DNA of 64,000 nucleotides from Escherichia coli (GTDB lineage Bacteria; Pseudomonadota; Gammaproteobacteria; Enterobacterales; Enterobacteriaceae): NCBI RefSeq assembly GCF_002854065.1, contig NZ_CP024147.1; one strand, 5' to 3'. Shown piece by piece: positions 58,652 to 64,000 of this stretch (position 1 is its first letter; each line of letters starts with the position of its first letter). The notes under the pieces were generated by a model. It saw only the letters and a program-made list of their open reading frames with translations, ran no database searches and was not told where the DNA came from. The position numbers and the translations under genes were made by a program.

Positions 58652-60025
58652 ATGTTGCGTCGTTCTCTTATTTTTCTGGTGCTGTTGAGTGCGGGATGTG
58701 TCTCGCTCGATCCCCACTACAGCACGCCTGAATCCCCAATCCCGGCGACCTTGCCGGGAGCACAGGGCCAGGGAAAGGCAATCAGCCATGACTGGCAGCA
58801 GGTGATCCACGATCCCCGATTGCAGCAGGTGGTGACTATTGCACTGAACAGTAACCGCGATGTGCAAAAAGCGATTGCTGATATTGACTCAGCACGGGCG
58901 CTCTATGGGCAAACTAATGCGTCGTTATTCCCGACGGTGAATGCGGCCTTAAGTTCAACCCGCAGTCGTTCGCTGGCGAATGGTACGGAAACCACTGCCG
59001 AGGCTGACGGCACGGTGTCCAGTTTTACGTTAGATCTGTTTGGTCGTAATCAGAGTTTATCTCGGGCGGCGCGAGAAACCTGGCTTGCCAGTGAATTTAC
59101 AGCCCAGAACACCCGTTTAACGCTGATTGCTGAAATCAGCACCGCCTGGCTGACACTGGCGGCCGATAACAGCAACCTGGCCCTGGCAAAAGAAACGATG
59201 ACCAGTGCAGAAAACTCATTGAAAATTATCCAGCGCCAGCAACAGGTTGGCACGGCGGCAGCGACAGATGTCAGTGAGGCGATGAGTGTTTATCAGCAAG
59301 CGCGCGCCAGCGTTGCCAGCTATCAGACACAAGTGATGCAGGATAAAAATGCGCTGAACTTGCTGGCAGGTACAACGCTTGAGGAAAATTTGCTACCGGG
59401 AACACTGGAAAGCCTGCCGGAACAGATGATAAGTCTGGTTCCTGCGGGAGTGTCATCTGACGTTCTGCTGCGTCGCCCGGATATCCAGGAAGCGGAACAT
59501 AATTTGAAGAGCGCCAATGCCGATATTGGCGCGGCGCGGGCTAACTTTTTCCCGACGATTTCGCTGACTGCCAGCGCTGGTGTTGGCAGTGACGCATTGT
59601 CGTCGTTGTTCAGCCACGGAATGCAGATCTGGTCATTTACGCCATCGGTCACATTACCGCTGTTCACTGGCGGAAGTAATCTGGCGCAGCTTCGTTACGC
59701 AGAAGCACAAAAGCGTGGACTCATTGCCACCTATGAAAAAACCGTTCAGAGCGCATTTAAAGATGTCGCTAACGCACTGGCGCGGCGGACCACGCTTGAA
59801 GAGCAACTGGATGCACAGCGCCAGTATGTTAAAGCTGAGCAACAAACGGTCGATGTTGGCTTGCGTCGCTATCAGACGGGTGTTGGTGATTACCTGACCG
59901 TGTTGACGGCGCAGCGCAGCTTGTGGAGCGCACAGCAGGAGCTGCTGGCACTGCAACTGACTGATTTTACAAACCGAATCACGCTCTGGCAGTCGCTGGG
60001 CGGCGGCATGTCATCACTCAAGTAA
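58652..60025 (+). CDS. Efflux outer-membrane factor lipoprotein, NodT/OprM family (457 aa)
   Basis: Lipobox LLSAGC; starts 3 nt after the RND stop; two OEP repeats typical of TolC-like outer-membrane channels. Confidence 0.9.
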   Translation: MLRRSLIFLVLLSAGCVSLDPHYSTPESPIPATLPGAQGQGKAISHDWQQVIHDPRLQQVVTIALNSNRDVQKAIADIDSARALYGQTNASLFPTVNAALSSTRSRSLANGTETTAEADGTVSSFTLDLFGRNQSLSRAARETWLASEFTAQNTRLTLIAEISTAWLTLAADNSNLALAKETMTSAENSLKIIQRQQQVGTAAATDVSEAMSVYQQARASVASYQTQVMQDKNALNLLAGTTLEENLLPGTLESLPEQMISLVPAGVSSDVLLRRPDIQEAEHNLKSANADIGAARANFFPTISLTASAGVGSDALSSLFSHGMQIWSFTPSVTLPLFTGGSNLAQLRYAEAQKRGLIATYEKTVQSAFKDVANALARRTTLEEQLDAQRQYVKAEQQTVDVGLRRYQTGVGDYLTVLTAQRSLWSAQQELLALQLTDFTNRITLWQSLGGGMSSLK

Positions 60026-60033
60026 GGAATAAT

Positions 60034-61197
60034 ATGGCTAGAGTCTCTCTTTCATGGGCATTGATTCTTGGTCTTTTAGCCGGTATCGGCCCGATGTGTA
60101 CCGATCTTTATTTGCCGGCTTTGCCGGAGATGTCTGAGCAACTGGCGGCAACCACGACCATAACGCAATTAACGCTGACTGCATCACTGATCGGTCTTGG
60201 CGTCGGACAACTGTTATTTGGCCCTCTGAGCGACAAAATAGGGCGTAAACGTCCGTTAATCTTGTCGTTGCTATTGTTTATTGTTTCTTCCATTTTGTGC
60301 GCGACAACGAACAATATTTACTGGCTGGTGGTCTGGCGTTTTATTCAAGGGATCGCGGGGGCGGGTGGTTCGGTGCTCTCTCGTTCTATTGCTCGTGACA
60401 AATATCAGGGAGTAACGTTGACCCAGTTTTTTGCGCTGTTAATGACGGTGAATGGCCTGGCACCGGTGTTGTCGCCAGTGCTGGGCGGGTACATTGTTAG
60501 CACTTTTGACTGGCGCACTTTATTCTGGGTAATGGCTGAAATTAGCACCGTATTGTTGCTGGGCTGCGTGTTATTTATTAATGAGACCTTGCCAGAAAAT
60601 AAAAGGGGCTCATCATTGCTATTAACCGGACGAAGCGTGGTGCAGAACCGCCGTTTTATGCGCTTTTGCCTGATTCAAAGTTTTATGCTGGCAGGTTTGT
60701 TTGCGTATATCGGCTCTTCGTCGTTCGTGTTGCAGAAGGAATTTGGCTTTAGTCCAATGCAATTTAGCCTGGTGTTTGGCCTTAACGGCATCGGACTTAT
60801 CATTGCTTCATGGATCTTTTCGCGTCTGGCGCGACGGATTAATGCGATGACATTGTTGCGAGGTGGCCTGATAGCGGCAATTTTGTGTGCATTGCTCACG
60901 GTCTTATGCGCATGGACACAATTGCCCATTCCGGCACTGGTGGCATTATTTTTCACTATTGCATTTTGTAGCGGCATCGGCACTGTTGGCGGGGCAGAGG
61001 CTATGAGTGCAGTAGGGACGCAGGAATCTGGAACGGCGTCTGCGTTGATGGGGATGAGCATGTTTGTCTTCGGCGGTATAGCCGCGCCATTGTCGGGATT
61101 TGGCGGAGAAACACTGTTAAAAATGAGTCTGGCAATTACGGTGTGTTATACACTGGCATTCCTGGTTGCTCTCACCAGAATCGACAATCAAAAGTAA
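60034..61197 (+). CDS. MFS drug efflux transporter, Bcr/CflA-like (387 aa)
   Basis: 12-TM MFS with motif GPLSDKIGRKRP; starts 8 nt after the outer-membrane factor stop, with AAGGA overlapping that stop. Confidence 0.88.
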   Translation: MARVSLSWALILGLLAGIGPMCTDLYLPALPEMSEQLAATTTITQLTLTASLIGLGVGQLLFGPLSDKIGRKRPLILSLLLFIVSSILCATTNNIYWLVVWRFIQGIAGAGGSVLSRSIARDKYQGVTLTQFFALLMTVNGLAPVLSPVLGGYIVSTFDWRTLFWVMAEISTVLLLGCVLFINETLPENKRGSSLLLTGRSVVQNRRFMRFCLIQSFMLAGLFAYIGSSSFVLQKEFGFSPMQFSLVFGLNGIGLIIASWIFSRLARRINAMTLLRGGLIAAILCALLTVLCAWTQLPIPALVALFFTIAFCSGIGTVGGAEAMSAVGTQESGTASALMGMSMFVFGGIAAPLSGFGGETLLKMSLAITVCYTLAFLVALTRIDNQK

Positions 61198-61202
61198 TGA
61201 AT

Positions 61203-61238
61203 ACCTCATCCTGAGGGGGGCCCCTGTCAGGATGAGGT
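61203..61238. terminator. GC-rich hairpin with 12-bp perfect arms between convergent MFS gene and sapF
   Basis: acctcatcctga-ggggggcccctg-tcaggatgaggt; no canonical U-tract. Confidence 0.45.
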
Positions 61239-61246
61239 GCAGAACA

Positions 61247-62053
61247 CTAACGGTCCTTACGCCACGCATCCGCCGTCAATGCTTCGCCAAAGTGCCCGGC
61301 AATCAGCCGTTTGGTGAGTTCATGCAGCGGTGATGCCAGCACATCCGCGGTGCTGCCTCGCTCGACAACCTCGCCCTGATGCATCACCAGCACCTGGTCG
61401 CTAATGTGCTTCATCATTCCGATATGCTGGGTGACATAAATATACGAAATGCCCTGTTTTTCCTGTAATTCCAGCATCAGATTAATCAACTGCGAACGCA
61501 TCGACATATCCAGTGAAGCGAGGGCTTCATCGGCAATAATGACTTTTGGGCGCAATATCAGCGCGCGCGCCAGACCCAGACGCTGTTTTTGCCCTGGTGC
61601 CAACATATGCGGATAGTAACTGACGTGATCCGGTAGCAGCCCAACCATACGCATCGTTTCAATAATCTGTTTGCGACGCTGTTCCGGTTCTAGGTTGGTG
61701 TTCAGGCGCAGTGGAAAATCCAGAATTTGCGAGATACGTTGACGGGGATTCAACGAGGTCGAAGGTTCCTGAAAAATCATGCGAATACGCTGACTGCGGA
61801 AGGAATAATCGCCAAAATGCAGTGGATGATCGTCAATCAATAACTCGCCGCTGGTAGGTTCTATCATTCCCGCCAGCATTTTTGCCAGCGTGGATTTACC
61901 CGAACCATTCTCGCCAATAATCGCCAGTGTCTGGCCTTCACGTAGCGTAAAGCTCAAGGGTTTTACCGCTTCGACGGTCTGGCGACGAAACCAGCCGGTC
62001 CGGTAGCGGAACGTTTTACTTAAATTACGCACTTCAAGCAGCGTTTCGATCAT
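61247..62053 (-). CDS. sapF: Peptide ABC transporter ATP-binding protein SapF (268 aa)
   Basis: Walker A GENGSGKST; last gene of sapABCDF. Confidence 0.93.
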   Translation of the reverse strand: MIETLLEVRNLSKTFRYRTGWFRRQTVEAVKPLSFTLREGQTLAIIGENGSGKSTLAKMLAGMIEPTSGELLIDDHPLHFGDYSFRSQRIRMIFQEPSTSLNPRQRISQILDFPLRLNTNLEPEQRRKQIIETMRMVGLLPDHVSYYPHMLAPGQKQRLGLARALILRPKVIIADEALASLDMSMRSQLINLMLELQEKQGISYIYVTQHIGMMKHISDQVLVMHQGEVVERGSTADVLASPLHELTKRLIAGHFGEALTADAWRKDR

Positions 62054-62054
62054 C

Positions 62055-63047
62055 TCACTCTTTCTCCATGTTCAGCGGGAAATGACAGGCATAGAGATGA
62101 TTTTTCGCCCCCGTCAAACGTGGCGTCACAATGCATTCTCGTTGTGCATACGGGCAACGTGGCCCCAGACGACAACCAATCGGTAACTGTTCCAGCAGTG
62201 GGATAGCGCCGGGTAGCGTATTGAGGCGACTTTTATGCGGCATCGCGCTGCCGAAGTCTGGTATCGCGCGGATCAGCGCCTGGGTATAAGGATGATGTGG
62301 CATCGTCACCAACTCCTTACTCGGCGCGGTTTCCACCGTTTGACCGCAGTAAAGCACGTTAATTTTATCCGCCCATTGGCTAAGCATTTGTAAGTCATGG
62401 CTGATAAGTAAAATAGTGGTATTGCTGTTTTGGTTGAGACGCGTCAGCAGGCGAAAGATTTGCGCCTGGGTTGTTGGCTCCATTGAGTTTGTCGGTTCGT
62501 CAGCAATCAGCAGACGCGGTTGATTCGCCAGTGCAATGGCTATCATCACTTTCTGACATTCACCTTCGGTCAACTCATAGGGAAAACTGCGCATCGCATC
62601 TTTGTGATCTTTAATTCCCACGCGGTGCAGCAGTTCAATGGCACGGCGTTTGCGCCAGCCAAAACGCTGCCACCAACGGCCTTTATAGGTCCAGGCTGGG
62701 ATGTTTTGCATCAACTGGCGACCCACACGTTCTGAAGGGTCAAGACACGACTGCGGTTCCTGGAAAATCATCGACACGTTGTGACCAACCAGCTTGCGCC
62801 GTTCGCGTGCGGAGAGACGCAGCAAATCGATATCATCAAAACGCATACGGTCTGCAGTAACACGCCAGTTATCTTTATTCACCCCACAAATCGCTTTCGC
62901 AATCAAACTTTTGCCGGAACCGGATTCGCCAACAAGACCGCGGATTTCACCTTCGGTTAAGGTCATACTTACCCGGTCGACGGCTTTAACCCACTCATCA
63001 CCGGTTTTAAATTCAATAGTCAGGTTACGAATATCGAGTAATGGCAT
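62055..63047 (-). CDS. sapD: Peptide ABC transporter ATP-binding protein SapD (330 aa)
   Basis: Walker A GESGSGKS; C-terminal Cys-rich oligopeptide ABC domain. Confidence 0.93.
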
Positions 63048-63937
63048 TATTCCACCCCCGCAATAATCGCACGACGGACACCGTCGCCAAGGAGGTTAAC
63101 CAACAGCACGCTAATCATAATTGCCGCACCTGGCAGCATGACAGTCCACGGGGCGACATAAATCAGTTCCAGCGCATCACCGAGCATCGCTCCCCATTCA
63201 GGCGAGGGGAGTTGTGCGCCAAGATCGAGAAAGCCCAGCGCGGCGATATCGAGAATTGCCATCGACAGTGCGCGGGTGATCTCGGTGACCAGCCCGGCGG
63301 TGATGTTAGGCATCACAGCAAACCAGAGAATATTCAGCGTTGATGCGCCATCCAGACGGGCGGCGATAACGTACTCTTTTTCCAGTTCGTCATGCACCAT
63401 GCTGTAAATCGAACGTACCATACGCGGCAGCAATGCCAGCCAGACAGCAAACATAGCGTGGGACAAACTCGGTCCGGCAAACGCTACAACGATAATTGCC
63501 AACAGCAGGGAAGGGATCGCCAGTAAGGTATCCAGAATATGGTTAAGCACCGCTGAGCGGAGGCCGTGCGTCGCCCCGGCGAAGGTGCCCAGTACCAGGC
63601 CACAGATCGTCGCGGCAAGTGTCACCACAAATGCGCCACCCACGGTTGGTGCAGCTCCGCTCAGTAAACGGCTTAAAACATCGCGTCCGAGGTCGTCAGT
63701 CCCCAGGAAGAAAGAAACTTCGCCATAGCGCGACCATGACGGCGGCAATAATTGGTAACCGAGAAATTGCTGGTCGATGCCGTAAGGCGCAAACCAGCCG
63801 CCAAAAATACACAGTACAGCCAGCCCCGCGCAGCCGTACAGGCCGACCATCGCAGAGGCGTCACTATAAAATTTGCGCCAGGCGGTACGCAGCGTGCCCG
63901 GCGGGCGCTTTTCGCTGTATACGCTATCGTAAGGCAT
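63047..63937 (-). CDS. sapC: Peptide ABC transporter permease SapC (296 aa)
   Basis: Full ORF; DppC/OppC-family permease. Confidence 0.93.
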
Positions 63938-64000
63938 ACCATTCCTTATGTTTCAGAGGGTTAGCCATGGCACCCAAAATATCAGAAATCACGTTAACAA
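63924..64000 (-). CDS. sapB: Probable 3' end of the SapB permease gene (partial, runs off the window)
   Basis: The only minus-strand frame open to the window edge ends at TAG 63924-63926 overlapping the sapC start; operon order sapA-B-C-D-F; the short translated tail was not verified. Confidence 0.35.

Overview
This window is an Escherichia/Shigella-type chromosomal segment, largely collinear with the E. coli K-12 ychE-opp-cls-kch-tonB-trp-topA-cysB-acnA-pyrF-rnb-fabI-sap region as I remember it. Gene calls rest on reading the translated ORFs against remembered protein sequences; no searches were run. About 50 core genes appear intact: oppABCDF, yciU, clsA, kch, yciI, tonB, yciABC, ompW, yciEFG, trpLEDCBA with promoter/operator and attenuator, trpH, yciO, rluB, btuR, yciK, sohB, yciN, topA, cysB, acnA, ribA, pgpB, lapAB, pyrF, yciH, osmB, yciT, yciZ, pdeR, rnb, yciW, fabI, sapFDC. 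Four things depart from that backbone: (1) an IS1 copy (768 bp, 8-bp target duplication) between cysB and acnA; (2) an IS2 copy (1332 bp, 5-bp target duplication) upstream of fabI; (3) a roughly 7.8 kb accessory block between IS2 and sapF, where K-12 carries ycjD, encoding a TetR-family regulator followed by a tightly coupled four-gene efflux operon (AcrA-like periplasmic adaptor, AcrB/MexB-like RND pump, NodT/OprM-like outer-membrane lipoprotein, Bcr/CflA-like MFS pump); (4) an in-frame TGA nonsense codon in yciQ. The efflux block is the most interesting locus, though its protein families are well known. No rRNA, tRNA, CRISPR or prophage signals were seen. Several protein and operator differences from K-12 suggest a non-K-12 lineage, but those comparisons are from memory.
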